Source: Octopus sinensis (lineage: Eukaryota). From it: 64,000 bases of DNA. Where the stretch lies: positions 30,566,001 through 30,630,000 of the forward strand of contig NC_042999.1 in NCBI RefSeq assembly GCF_006345805.1. Reading direction: 5' to 3'. A model generated the notes under the pieces. That model made no database searches. It was not told the origin of the DNA and saw only the letters and a program-made list of their open reading frames with translations. Position 1 is the stretch's first letter; each line of letters starts with the position of its first letter. The position numbers were made by a program, and so were the translations under genes. Below, in pieces: positions 13,759 through 28,390 of the stretch.

Positions 13759-14262
13759 CATATGTATATATAAATAGATACATTGATCAATATAGGTACA
13801 TATATACAAATACATACATATATACATGCAAATACATACACATACACACACAAACATATATGTACACTCTGCCACTCCAACTCATAATTCTCCGCAACTT
13901 TCGGCGAGTCCAGTCCGATTCCCCCATGTTGCACTTTTCCATGTGCCCCTTCCCTCCTTGAATTGAGCCCATAACCTGCGTGACCTCCTGTTCTTCTGTT
14001 TCTTTCCTAGCCCTACCTCCGAGTCTGACTCGTTTCCCTGCTCCCTGGCACGCCGTCGCACCTGCCCCAACCTCTTCAGCACCACCACCTCACATGGGCT
14101 CAACTCACTTCTTCTTTTCACTTGATACCAAACTCACCTCTTCTCTGCATTTGATACCAACACTACACCACTGCACACACCTTCATGCATACTCCCACAC
14201 CCACACATGCAGACAATACCTGAACACACACACACACACACACCTATATATATAGATATATG

Positions 14263-14354
<92 letters not shown>
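14263..14354. repeat. (GATA)n microsatellite
   Basis: Directly visible. Confidence 0.95.
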
Positions 14355-14355
<1 letters not shown>

Positions 14356-14547
14356 ATGCACACGCAACTCGCATTAGCACACGCAACATATTGGAAAAGA
14401 AGACTTTCGCCCACATATCTACACCATACACATGCACACTGTTTGGTCACAGACGCTAAAACAGATACACGCACATGGGCAAATACCACATGAAAATGGA
14501 CACATCAACGGCTACATACACACCACACACGCGATACACAAGCATAT

Positions 14548-15156
14548 ACTCTTCTAATGAGTGTTTTTGAAAAAAACTGTTTAAGCAGCAAATGAATTTC
14601 CAACAACAAATACCGTATTAAAATGAACTCCTACACATTACGATGTATTATATATGCATCGATTGATAGAAAACCTTTAAGATGTTTAGAATGCTGAATA
14701 CCACAAAAGACCTGACGGAGATGAAAAGAGTGAATTTCGAGAGAGTCATTGGTAAAAATATCATTCACATATATATTTTAAAGATATATTTAGGTAAGCA
14801 ACTTTGCTGTTTGTCATTTATTGACCTTTTTTCTTTCATGCATTCGTGTAATGTATACAAATAAATTCAAACAAACATTGTATTAACGTCTAACGAAACC
14901 ATTGCCTGGCGAATTAACCGTTGCTTGCATCCTTACTGAATCAACATAAATTACGTCCACATGCTAGAGCGCGTGTACACACACGCACACATACACACAC
15001 ACACACAAGCACACATACACACATACAGGCATACACACACGCCTGCACATATGCATTAACTCGCGCGCATACATATTTACATTCACATAAATATATACGC
15101 TTTATTATATTACACATTCATGTTTGAATATATGAATTTATGCGTTTACGCATGTA
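14548..15156 (+). repeat. Diverged local duplicate of 10406-12480 containing a single unit of the 145-bp repeat
   Basis: Colinear similarity from actcttc-gatgagtgtttttgaaaa through gtcatttattg to atgcgttta-gcatgt, including the embedded CA-rich block. Confidence 0.85.
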
Positions 15157-15700
15157 AGTTGGTCTGTATGCATGTGTCTTCTACTGGTTCAAAAAATAAA
15201 TTTGTCAATCTACTTCGTTTTGGTTATTAAATAAATGACTGAGCTAACTCCTCCTGAAGATATAAGTGAGAATTAAAAGAAGAGTGTCATTGTTGCTGTT
15301 GTTGTTGCTGTTATTATTATTTATTGGAACATCCGTTAGCAACAATAGCTGCCTGAACATGATAGACAGAAAAAAATCTGTGAAATTTGGTTTGAGATTC
15401 CCTGCACATCACCCTGTTTTTCTCGCAGTTTTCTGTCTATAAATTAGGAAGGAGTCTGTTCCTTGTTGCATATTTTGATTTTCAGAGTCGAACCTTTACA
15501 CAGATTATTCTTTAAGATTCTGAAATTAAATTTTCCTAAACACTACAAATATCACACTGTCTTTAAAAAATCCTGTATAAAATTATCTTAGTCTACCACG
15601 CCTAATTTGGGATATATTATTGCATCCAAAAATAGAAATATACTCCAAATTTAATCGACTAAAACCCCACGTTAGGTACCCAATATGAGTTCAAATAATA

Positions 15701-16266
15701 TTGGATTATCCGGAATGTTCGTGCCGATTTATCGTAGCTTACATTTCGAATTATTTTAGAACATGGTTGAGTCCATAAAGTAGGATTTGACTAAAACTTC
15801 GTTTAGAGCACAGATTAAGCTATCTTTTCGTGGAGGAAGGCTTATGTTCCTATAACCTGTGTTAATTTTGTAACCCTTTAAAATGGAAGATAAGAATGTT
15901 CATTTACGTCACTTCATGCTTTGGGAACCAGACAAAAATTGCTGCAACTCGGCTGCGATGTGTTACCACACCCTCAATATTCATCAGATATTGCTCTTTC
16001 GGATTTCCACTTATTCATGTCGCTGCAGAATAGTCTTAATGGTAAACATTTCAATTCTTTGGATGACGTAAAAAGATAACTTGATGAATTTTGAGCCATG
16101 AAACTACCTCAATTCTGGAAAGCGGATATTTTCAAATTAAAGGGAGGATGGAGACGCATTGTGCAATAAAAGGGTTCATATTTGGTTGATTAAAAATGTA
16201 ATGGCAAGTATTTATTGACTTTATTCTTTCCTTTAAATATCGGCACGAACTTTCCGGACAATCCAA
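15701..16266 (+). mobile_element. Internally deleted mariner element
   Basis: TIRs ttggattatccggaatgttcgtgccgat / atcggcacgaactttccggacaatccaa with TA on both sides. The N-terminus MEDKNVHLRHFMLWE is joined to the C-terminal catalytic block LPHPQYSSDIALSDFHLFMSLQNSLNGKHF (YSPDLAPSD motif), with stops. Confidence 0.9.
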
Positions 16267-16689
16267 TACAAATAAGCCAAAACACAAAAATAAATAACTG
16301 AAAAGAAAGCTATCTCAATCTAAGTGTAAACAATCCCAACTAAACGTAGTTCAACCCGATTCCACCTTAATAAATCCGAGTAAAATCATAGATAGGAGTG
16401 CAAAAACATGTAATTGATGGGTCCTCGTATAATACTCGATCACTGGATTCTGTTTACGTAAAAATGTAATTAAAAAATGCAGCATGGCAAATGATAGATA
16501 TTCACCAAGAATATATGTAGGAAGCACCATAGATTTTAAGAGACTTTATAGAACCCATTTGCATTATTTCAATTAGCTAACATACAAAAATTCAACGTCA
16601 CTAGCTACATGATATTTCCCCTATCTTCGTCTTCTGTTTTCTGTAACTTTGAACTGTATATGTAAGTATGTATACACATACATAAAGAA

Positions 16690-17086
<397 letters not shown>

Positions 17087-17205
17087 TATTTATATGAATA
17101 ATATATAGTCTATTGACTAAATTTTTACACGCTTGGCCACTGGTAGTAGACATTTCTAATATTTCTTAGTACGCTTGACATTATTAAATATATATATAAT
17201 ATATA

Positions 17206-17253
<48 letters not shown>

Positions 17254-18419
17254 TCGCAAATACAGCAATATATTTCCTTTTACTAAATCTTCTCAGGAGG
17301 CGTTGGTCGTTCGGCGCTTTTGCAGAAAACATTCGACAAAGGTACCATGCGGTGGGTTTTCATCAGTAACGACATGGTTGGGAAGTAATGTTTTTATCAC
17401 ACAGACACGCCTCCAAAATAATTTGGAAACCAATATATTATAGTTTCAATTTGTCAATACCGCTATTAAATATTCAACAGACATATGACATAGTGACCAT
17501 CAAATTTATTATATATATATTTTTTTAATTAAGAAGATCTGGCAGAATGAGTAATAAAGTCAATGTCTTTCTCATTATTCTGCAGTATCGAAATCTCAAT
17601 TATCTGCTAATAAGTCAGTTATGACAAGTTCTTTAACAACAATTAATTTCGATATTTACAGTAATTCATATGAAGATAACTATTGAAAACATTTGCAAAT
17701 TGTAGCTTGTCACCTCCTCAGCCAATCAATGAACTCGAAATGATATACATACATACGTTTGTGTTGGTGTGTCTGTGCGTATGTGTGTGTGTCTGTGTGA
17801 AAGAGGGTGGAAATATATAGAGTGGGAGAGAGAAAAGAAAAGAGAAAATGGCTTATTGCAGTTGTTCTTATTTAGTGAGTTGGTCTGAGAACTGTGTGTT
17901 AAAGTAGAATCAGTTATGCTGTAGAAAATCTATACCAGCTATTTCTAAACAAAGCGATTTAAATTCGCTTAAAATGTAGTGCATGACGTTGAAATAATTT
18001 TGTCCAGTATCTGCAGAGAAATTATATTGGGTAACCAGTTGGAAGCAGTGTGACGAGAATTTTCACTCATCATGAAATAAATCTGACCTGAAATATGTTA
18101 GCGCTCTGATTGTTGAATGGTTACAAGGTTTATTCTTCGATGTAAACTATGAATATATGTGTGCACAATCACATGAATGAGTTTATATCTGTCCGGTTTC
18201 AGTTTGACTGAGGGTGATTTCTACTCTACCACTTCTCTGACATGTGCCGTTCAAATGAATGCGGCAAACTTAAAATACACAGAGGCCTGTTGTACATATA
18301 TATGCATGCATACATACATATATCCATACATGCGTAAATACTTACATAAATCCACTGATATATACATTCACACGTACTTACGTACATACATATAAAAATA
18401 TATACATATATAATTTCAT

Positions 18420-19660
18420 CCGATACTAAATAATATTACGGCAGAATAAATAAAATTTGGGTCCCAGAACACTCTACATTCAATAAAACAGTGGCCTCAA
18501 TGTGTTTGCCGTGCCAGTATTTATACGAACATTTGGTCTACTTGATTGGACGCTTGATGATATTCGAACCATTGATGTGAAAACCCGGAAGATTCTAGCA
18601 AGCATACATAATTTCTACAACGATGGTGACGTAGACCGCAACCACATAAAACGAAAACAAATCAGCAAAGACTTAACATCGATCCAAATGCATATGAATG
18701 CCGTATCATATCCCTTCGGGAACGTCTTTTAACCACCAAATTTTGAAGTGCATTCCTTGACCATATTTGCTTGCATGAAGCTGATAACATCAGTGTGTAA
18801 GCCAGCTCCTTGAGCAGCATTCTTTGTCTCATAACCTCCAATATATGCCGAAAGATGTCGCACGACTCAACCGCTACGTATCATCAGATGAAAGGAATGG
18901 ATGAGCATATATGAGCAGAAGATATATTGGTATAAATATACGGGATCATCAAAGTTGTCTTTTAGGGAACAATAACCAGATTACTTAACCTCACTATGAA
19001 AGGTATGAGTTTGCAATCCAGGAAAGGTAATATCAACCAAATACTTGATGCACAAAAGGGATAGAGATGTATGCAAAGCAGTAAAATTTGACAACCGATG
19101 CAGACTCTGTGGAGTGAACAACGAAGATATCACCCACATCATAATTAGTTGTCTAAACATGTCATCATGATATTATCTACTAATGAGACATAATGTTGTA
19201 GCTAGGACACTCTATAATGTAATCCGTCGAAAGAGTAACCCTATTACAAAGCAATAAGTACCCAAAGTATGGTAGAAGCCATAGTCACTAATAATAAAAA
19301 GAAGCACCGGTGGAATGTCCCACTGAAAACCTGAACAAAATGCAAGCAGACCCAATATAATGATTTTGGATAGAGAGGAGAGATCGTGTATTAGCTGCCC
19401 AGCGGATGTTAACAAAAAACTAAAGCTGAAGATCAGAGAATACCTAAGCTAAACGGTTGATCCAGATTACAAGTTCGAGTTTATTGCTGTAATTATTGGG
19501 CCCTGGGATATGTAACACGCTGCCTAAATATCAATCTTGAGAAATTAGGCTTCTGAAAACTAGAAAGGATTAAGTTAATTCGATGACTAAAGCTCCAATC
19601 CATCATCACTGGAACTGTGAAAATATGTAAAGCTTTCCAGCAGTTTACAATTTAAATATA
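18420..19660 (+). mobile_element. Decayed R4/Dong-like non-LTR retrotransposon, 3' portion (RT thumb, CCHC, RLE nuclease)
   Basis: AVPVFIRTFGLLDWTLDDIRTIDVKTRKIL...DVDR; CRLCGVNNEDITHII...RHNVVARTLY; WNVPLKT. Multiple stops and frameshifts. Confidence 0.85.
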
Positions 19661-19949
19661 TATGAGCATGTCTAGATATGGAACTATATGAATGATAATA
19701 TATACATAAAAGAACGCATAAAAATTTGCTCATATATATATACATACTTACTTACACATACATACAACACACATACAAACAAAATACTGAAATGCCAATG
19801 AAGAAGCCCTGAATCTACGTCAGAAACCAGGCTCTTTCTTTATTGGCAAGAAATAAAACTGACGGAAGACATAGAGAAAAACAACTGCATACTCGGCGAA
19901 TGAGTCCATGGAGTATGCAATGAATATCTTCTCCAACATTTAACGCAAC

Positions 19950-20687
19950 AATACCAACATAGTTAACAAAATGGATTTTTATTTGATAATATCCACAAAG
20001 TTAATAAATTATTCTTACTAATATGTTCATCGAATATCAAAGTAACATCTCCAACAATAAAACAATATGGGCACCATTGATAAAGAGCGAAAGATGGCAT
20101 GGAAAACGGAAACAAAATGGAGACATAAAAGATAAAGCACAACCCTATTCGAAACAGGAAAATGTAACAATATATATATGTATATAGTTGGGCCAAGGAA
20201 ACCATCTCGTTCATTGTTCATTGTGCACCCTCCTCCCCGCTAGTTCGAAGGCTTGTACCACAAGGTAGCTAGTGGGCTCTGAAGCTGAAACTTTGTTAGA
20301 AGGTAGATCTAGAGAAATCGGGGTGCAAAAATACGCGCCCTTCCCCTCTATTGGTCACTTGAATCTTAGACTGCCACGTGAGTGTTAGCAGGTACTGGCT
20401 ACTGGAGCCTATCGGCGAGTATTTACAAGGAAATTTACCAGGGTGGTCATTCACCGGCTGATATTGCCTGATGTTGCATCGAAGAAACCATCGAAGAAAA
20501 GCCTAAAAAAAACGAACGCACTGAACACCAGAGCTGAAGACACCTCTGAAGAGTGCGCACGTCGGAAACGGTAAAAAGGTAGTGGCCGAGACCGGACTTG
20601 GTTCCTTCTGATGATGTCCTGAGCCAGTGGATCCTATAAAGGAGCTGTTGAGGTAGCGAAACACGAAACGTGGTTGGAATTCCTTCC

Positions 20688-20690
<3 letters not shown>
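19950..20690 (+). mobile_element. 3' fragment of a PLE (GIY-YIG tail plus pLTR with two hammerhead-like cores)
   Basis: IKDKAQPYSKQ / KCN resembles the W-x-I...AxPY...CxxC tail of PLE endonucleases. Cores are CUGAAGA (20546) and CUGAUGA (20608), each followed by GAAAC. Ends at (TA)n. Confidence 0.5.
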
Positions 20691-20718
<28 letters not shown>

Positions 20719-23510
20719 ATGTGTGTGTGTGTATTTGTATAAAATATAAATGGGGAATGAAATCTCCTTCAGTATGGAATATGTTAAAGAATGAAATTAT
20801 ATAAAGATGCAGGCCATCATGAACTGATTTATTTTTGGGAGAAATAATTATGTTAGCAAAAGACATTTGTTGAACAGAAAGAATGATTTATTACAGTATT
20901 CTTCTGCTGAGAAATAATCTGCTTAATTTCTTTTTCCGAAACCGTCAACGCTGCACAAATATGAGGTATTCTTCCACACTGGATATTATACATCTGTAAC
21001 GCGTGTTACTACTATACATAACTTAGAGATATATGATCTGAGCCAGCGCGCACCCTAAATGAATTGCCAACATGCTGTAAGCAAATCTAGCAAACAATAG
21101 GAAACAATTGTTCAACTTTTTGGCAGAGAGAGGAGTGTAAATAACTGACAGGTATTTTAATGCAGTCTTTGAACAGAAGATTATTGCAATTTTACAACTA
21201 CCCTTTAGGAACTTTTACCTAACTCGCATAAATAAAAATAAAGAAATGAGTTAGATTTAACAATGATTAATAACATCAGGATACAATATTAGCAACAATA
21301 AAATGTACTTCATTTTGGCACATTTATACTTGTTTATATTCCCCCTGAATGGTTGCAAAACAAAACTTATGGAACACGTAAGAGCTAATGAAAGCAAAAC
21401 AATAAAAATTGCTACAGTGTGTTTTTAAAATAGGAAAAATAGTCGCTGATTTACATATAGCGTTGTTTATGACATATAAATAATTTTACCGCCCACAAAA
21501 TGTGTTAGAACTAAATAAAAAAAATGTTTGGAGATAGCGAAATGTTAACACTGAAATACATATTAAGTTCTCTCAAACAAGAACTGAAAGCCGTATACGA
21601 AACATTATGATAAAACAGAAGAACTGCTGGAAATGTATAAACGAAAGGTTTGTTCGGAAACTATCAGAAATCTACAGCGACATGAGGGAATAATCTATAC
21701 ATTTTACAGTGGACCCCTACATAGAAAGAAAAATCTGAAGTGAAGCGAGAGGTTTTAATCCCCCATCTCGGTGGCTACAAGAAATTCGAAACATATTTTC
21801 TCCGTCTTAAAGTAAAAATATATAATTTGTGGTTTCGCCACAGATTATATGTTTTTATTTTAAGAGAATATGATACAAATAATTCCGTACAGGGATGTAT
21901 CAGGAAACTATTTTATTGTTTGTTGCACAATGGTATGAATATCTTAATATTTATCTTACCGGCTAATTCTCAGTGGAGAGATAAATATACCAAGTCGGTT
22001 AACACTTGCGGAAACAAACTGATACAATCCAAATTTTCCACTCACCTGTTGAAAAACTACTGGTCAATTGCGGAAATTTTTAATTTATAAACTATAAATA
22101 GCCTGTCTAATCCAAAAACCTGTAATATTAATATCATCACAGTTGGAAAGAAAGAAGTTGTAGGATGTACTAAATGATTCTTGATATATGAAAAGAAAAG
22201 TGTGATGACAAAATGGGAGTTTATTACAAGAGGTATTTCTATAGAGGCTAGCAGAATAAGCAGAGAATATTTCAATTCTATTCCCAACTCGTTACTACTG
22301 AGTTCTTTGGACATGCTAATGTCCCAGGTACTATTAGGGTTTTGACTTCATTCTGTGTCAGCATGCAGAAAGTTCATACTGTAAGTGGTTTTGTTGTCGA
22401 TATGGAAGAGATTCAGTTCAAACTGTCACTCCCTCTGTGATGCGAAATTTGTAAACTGGCCCACAAAATAACAGAATCAGTGACCTAACGTATTGTGTGC
22501 TAGTGAATTTGAAAAAAACCCATATAAAATGTGGAGAGAAATATGTGCGAAAAAACACGGAGGGGTGCATATTGATAGTAATACATGCATATATACATAT
22601 ATTTACTTATAATATATATTATAGTATACACAAGTTAATCGAGAAAGATTAATAGGTAATTTCGAGACAACCTTAAATAATATATGAAATGGCATCTGTA
22701 AGCATCGTGTGTTACATTTAACATAAACACAGCACAAATAGGAGGTATTCTTCTACACCATACATTTATGCTCTTGTACGAAGAAAATAGATAACTAAAT
22801 GAAACTTTGTTAAACGTGATCGGTATTATGGACACCAATACGCTAAGTATAAGAAATAAAGTGCTTCTTTCTGTTTCATAATGAAGCCGTTATCAAAAAA
22901 AGTAAAACCAATACGACAGGAAGGAGGAATAGAAACAGGAACGACAACTAATTTACAACGTTTGTTCACATTGTATGCTAAACTAGAAATAAATTTGGGT
23001 AGTGAGATAGAATGAGCGGAAATGAAGACACAAATTCTGTCGAAGTGAATGAATGCGGGCGCAGAAAAAGCGAAGGAGAAATATGGGAGAAAGGGCACGA
23101 ATGGAATGATGTGTGTATGTGTAAGAGTGAGTGTTTGCACTGGCGTGTGAAATACTGCCAAGCAAAATACTATTAACCAGCAAGTCAGTAAAAAGTATAT
23201 GATAAACAAATTCTGTTCACAATAAATCTTCAAAGTACAAATTGTAATAAAAGACTTATGAACAGAGAGGAAAGTTTATAAGTTGATGTCATCATATATT
23301 TTGAAGTTGAGAAAGTAGTGGAATATAATTTTTGTAACATTTATTGAGTAGGTAAATATTGGCATATGACAAGATATGTCTCTGAAGCTGTCCGTTTATA
23401 TAAACAGCATTATTTAAAGTACAGCCCTATTATATTTATTTCTCTTCCCCTCTCTGTCACTTTGTACATACATACATATATGAGTGTGGGTATGATGTGT
23501 GTATATATGC

Positions 23511-23560
<50 letters not shown>

Positions 23561-23989
23561 ATCAATATGTATGTAGAGAGAGAAATATCAATATATGAAC
23601 ATACATACGTACATAATATATTTCTATAAGGAAGACTGTCATAAAATGTCGTACGAAGATATTGGATGAGGGCTAATAGCGAGTGACAGGAAAATATATA
23701 GATGTACAATTATATTCCCACCTACATTTATTTGTCCTCGTGTAGATATGTTTTCATGACAAAAAATGTTGATTCACATCCATAGCACCACGTGTTCGAT
23801 CTCTCTGAGGGAGTCACCGAAAAACATAGGTAGTTAATACCAAGATTTCTGGTTGTCCCAAGAGATGTATGAGCGAATGTGTCTGCAAGCTAGTGAAATA
23901 CGCAGTATGTATAATCCAGACGTCTAGACTTGTCACGTATTTTCTCACCCTCATTAGTTAAGGTTCACAACTGATATTACTACCATTGC

Positions 23990-26100
23990 ACATTAGATAC
24001 ACATTTGGAGCCCAAAATACACATTATGAAATCCAAGATAAAAAAAGGCGAAGTCTTATTTCAGCAGCGGACTCAAAATAACCATCGTTATAGCCATATA
24101 CAAAATTAATTTCTGCTTGATGACATTGGTATGTGACAAGCGACAAGTTTAGATGAAATTGTTAAATTAATCTAACTTTTGCAGTAGTCAACTCAGATTT
24201 GTCATTCTGCTATGGTGAATATGTCGTTTCTTATTGATGCGTTGAAAAGTGGTCTGTATTTTTTAATAAAGAGAGCCTATTTACTAATTCGTTGGCTACA
24301 GGTTGTATCGTCCTTGAATTGTTAGAGGGGAAAATGTTGAAGTCTGGATTGTTGTTATTGGGGCAAATGTCGATGTGTTGCCTGAATGTTATTTTTCTGT
24401 TTTAGGGAATTTTGATCTGGGAGCTATGCAGAACCATCATTTGACGTAGACTGTTTTTTTTTGTATGACCTATGTATTGCTCTTGAGCAGGTTAGTGCGT
24501 ATAACTGGTTCTCCGAAGTACATGTGAAGTTGCTTTTCACTGTTAAACTTTGTCCCTGTTTGAAGGAGAACTCTGATCCCTCAATTTAATTGACGCATAT
24601 CCCACAGTTGGTTCTTCCGCATTTCTTAATGATGGCTTCTGTGTTGTTGTTGAGCGTATTTGGGCTTGTTTTAGGAGACTTTTCATAGATTTTGGTTGTC
24701 TCTTGCATTTTATGATGGTGGGTGTTTGGACAATTAAGTTCATTCTGTGGTCCTTTTTGAGCATAGGAATGTTTTGAAGAATGGTGTCGAAGGCTTTATT
24801 GTTAAGAGTGCTGTGTGTGGACATGTATGGTAGGGATTTCGATGTAAATTCTTCTTTAATTTGGGATGTCTGAGTTCGCGGATGCTACGTTGTATGGCAC
24901 GTTGAAAGCATATATCATTTAGTGAAGTTGGGTAGCTCCTGGTGATGAGTGTATCCTTTAGTTCATGTAGTCGTGTGTATCTGGTGCTTGCATTAGAAAC
25001 TATACTACATACCCTTTTTGCTAGGTTGAAGGGGATATTAATTTTTGTGCGTCTGGGGTGGCATGAGTTGAACGGTACACATTGCTTGGATTCTGTGGGC
25101 TTATAGTATATATCTGTTTGTATTACGTTGCTAGATTTCTTAATGCGGATGTGGAGGAAAGGAAGTTGATGATGGCTATATGTCATCGGGAATTTAATGT
25201 TTACGTCAAGTCAATTTATATGTGCTTTGAATTCTTTATGTCTCTCTATACTTTCATACCAAAGAATGAAACAGTCATCCAGGTATCTCTTCCAGTCATT
25301 TTCTATGTAGAGGGAGAATAGAATGCCGTATTTATCTAGAACCTTACGATAAAGATTAATTTCTAGATATCTCATGACTAAAATGAATTTTAGCCCTTCT
25401 ATCACGAATTCTTTTTTGATGCGATGCGGGAGTTCGTTGGCGCAATTCTCTTGCCAGAATTGAATTTGCTTCCATTCCTAGGTTGTGGGGGATATTGGAA
25501 TTGAATTTGATTACATCGAACGATACTAGTAAGGTGCTTTTGTTTTTTGTTTCAGGAAGGAGTTTGAGCATATCCGGGTCGTCCCTTATGTAGCTTTCGA
25601 CTTGCTTGAGGAATGGTTTTAAGAAGATATTTTAAAGTTACTGAGGCGGTGGGTTTCGCATGCGGGACCTACTATTATAGGTCTCAATTTGAGGTCATTA
25701 GGAGTGGAATTGATTATTATGTCTGTGGCTATCCTGCATGCGTTACTTATTTTCTCACTTTTGGGTATCTTGGGAATACCGTAGAATTGACTGGTTTTTG
25801 CTTTTGAAATTGGTCATACATTCATATTCTTTGTCAGTGAGCCATTTTTTGTATAGGGTTAACACGGAATTTAGGTCTCTCATTATTTTCTGCTAACTGT
25901 TGTGTTGGGCCTTTTCTTAAATGTTGTGTCATCCAATATGGATAGTACTACAGTTATATAATATACCTTGTCCACTAAGACAACCGCACTCCCTTTATCA
26001 GCCTCTTCGATTCTTATTGTTTTGTCATCTTTTAATTTGTTCGGCTCAGCCCCTTCATTTTGCTGACGTTTCGATTGTGTTTTTGCATATGTTAATATTT
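23990..26100 (-). mobile_element. Decayed Penelope-like element, Neptune-type (RT + Cys-rich linker + GIY-YIG)
   Basis: IKEADKGSAVVLVDK; LVSFDV...NIPH; WKRYLDDCFILW; LPFLHIRI...TDIYYKPT...SCHP; linker KCGRTNCGIC...NFTCTSENQLYALTC. Many frameshifts and stops. Confidence 0.88.
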
Positions 26101-26209
26101 GATAATTCGAGAAATGTTCACAGAAATGATCAAGAGTTTTGTTCTTACGTTCCGAGGGGGTACAGAAATGTGCTAATCCACGGCTATCTATATTATTATT
26201 AATCGACGT

Positions 26210-26790
26210 GTGCCTGCTACCTAGATTTCAACACGTGTGTAACTGATTTTGCAAGTGGTGAGATTATTTAGCGACTATTCTCAGCCTATAGGCTGCACAT
26301 TTTTTGCATACCCTTAATTTTTGATTTCTCATTTCTTATTAATCGATCTTGTATTTATATGCTGCCCACTGGTGAAATTCTCTTAAAACTTTGTCCTTTA
26401 TTACTATAATTGAAAATGTTCTATTCACTTCGGGACAACATAGCCGCTTATGTGCTACTGCAATGGAATACATATGCGCTGAGGAGAACCGCAGAATTTG
26501 CTGCTGGAGGTATCTGGGGGTATTTATATGTATTTTTGTCATCGCATTTGTATACGTATTAATATCTCATTTATTTCCTGTATACATGTGCTGCTGACAA
26601 GGAAAAGCCATTTGGCAAATCCGGAAATTAGCCAATCAAGGTCTATCCATATTGTTATTAATTGCTGTTATCTTGCTTCCTTCGATTTCAACACGTGTGT
26701 AAATTTATGACTTTTCAAGTGATGAGACGTTGTAGCGTCTTTTGTCAGCGTATAGACTAGAATTTTTTTCTATGCCCTTATTATAATTAT
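26210..26790. repeat. Diverged direct repeats (~26210-26340 and ~26670-26790) at the 5' end of the Neptune-type element, probable pLTR copies
   Basis: Both contain gatttcaacacgtgtgtaa...ttttcaagtg-tgaga...tcagc-tatag. Confidence 0.5.
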
Positions 26791-27724
26791 GTGTGTGTGT
26801 ATGTCTGTGTGTACTGTTGTGTCTGGGGAGAGTCTTTCTCTTTTGGTGCCTCATAATTTAACACACTCACCGGTAAAATTTGCACTTTTTATTTTTCTAA
26901 AATTTTCGTTGGGTTTTGTAACCTTTTCAATAGTTTCGTCACTAGTTTTGTCAATTAAATATTCCGTGATAGAAAATGTAGTAACAAAAGTGCTCCACAT
27001 TTTGACCGATAAATAGTATTTATTTAAAGGACACAATACATGGATTAAATCGCTACTAGAAATTTCATATTCTTTTTTCCTTTTTTAGTTTCAGCTCAGA
27101 ACTGCGGCCATGCTGATGCACCGCCTTCATATGTTGAGAAAATTCAAACATATTCTTCATGTGCAAACCATATAGCGTTACGAACTAAAAACAAGTCGAA
27201 TAATAGAAGAAACACGAAAATGTTGAGAAGGAATTATATAGAAAACGCGGAAAGTAAACAGAAAAGGAAAAACGGAAAACGAAAATATAAAAGATAAAAT
27301 GTAAAAAGTAAAAAAGTAAGGATTAAGGAGCTATCCTACTAAGGACTTCAATGATAAGGTTAGAAAAATATCAAGCCAGCCAGGGATGGGCGGTATTTCC
27401 AATTCTTCAAAATATATTTATACTTATGCATGCAGCCACTAAAAGTTTCTGGCGCGGAGTTCAATAGATAGGGTTCTTTGATCTGAACAGGATGTGCGCT
27501 CTGTCAGCCAAACATAATCTACATTTATTTGATCCTTTCTCATAAGATGGCGATTTCTGAATTACTGTCCCTTTAATCACATACGGTGTTTCGTTACCTT
27601 TCAAATCCATACGTAGCTAGCAAACATAGTAGCTTTACTCTCGACCCTTTGTCAAAAGGAGGTTATGTGATTGGCAGAGCGATTTTTAAATTCACTTTCA
27701 CATAATCGAATATAGATATTCTAA

Positions 27725-28390
27725 TAATTGTGTACAGTGCTCAGGTGCACTACAACTCATCTCAATTGTATATATAATCAAGTGAAGTTTCGGCGGATTT
27801 CGGAAAGCATGAGGGCCTTAAAAGATGCAGTGTCATGGCAGTCAACAACTGACGCAGGCAGTTTATTCCATGCTTCAGCAACTCTGAGCGTGAAAAAATG
27901 TTTCCGAAAGTCATGGGAGCTGTATTGTTTTCTGACTTTGTAGGCATGTCCACGTGTGTTAGACACATGGAGATCAAAAAGGTGTTCAGTGTTGTTGTTG
28001 GTGAGGTGGTTGATAACTTTGTGGGTGTTTACCAGGTCCGTCGCCAAACGCCGGAGCTTCAGTGAATCCATGCCCAGGGAAACAAGGCGCTCAGAATATG
28101 GTAGGTGTCTGATGGAGGGTATGCGTTTGGTTGCACGTCTCTGGACAGATTCCAGGAGGTCAATGTTCTGTGCAAGATAGGGGTTCTAAACTGATGATGC
28201 GAATTCCAAGTGTGGTCGTACCATAGCTGTATACAGTTTTAAATAGATGGCTGGAGAGCGGCTAACAAAGACCTGCTGAGTGATGCCAAGACACCCTCGG
28301 CCTTCCTGACAATCTTAGAGATATGCTTTGACCAACGCAGATCACTGCTGACAGTGATGCCTAGGTCACGCTCGCAAGAGGATTTCTTGA
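27725..28390 (-). mobile_element. 5'-truncated CR1/L2-like LINE 3' end
   Basis: ERDLGITVSSDLRWSKHI...VRPHLEF...LESVQRRATKRI...LRRLATDL...TRGHAYKV...HFFTLRVAEAWNKLP. Confidence 0.9.

Noticed and set aside
26690-26760. Hammerhead in the Neptune-associated direct repeats (GUGAUGA GACG..CGUC)
   Set aside because: A stem II-like helix is present, but there is no GAAA after it on the plus strand, and the minus-strand core lacks G8 without compensation.
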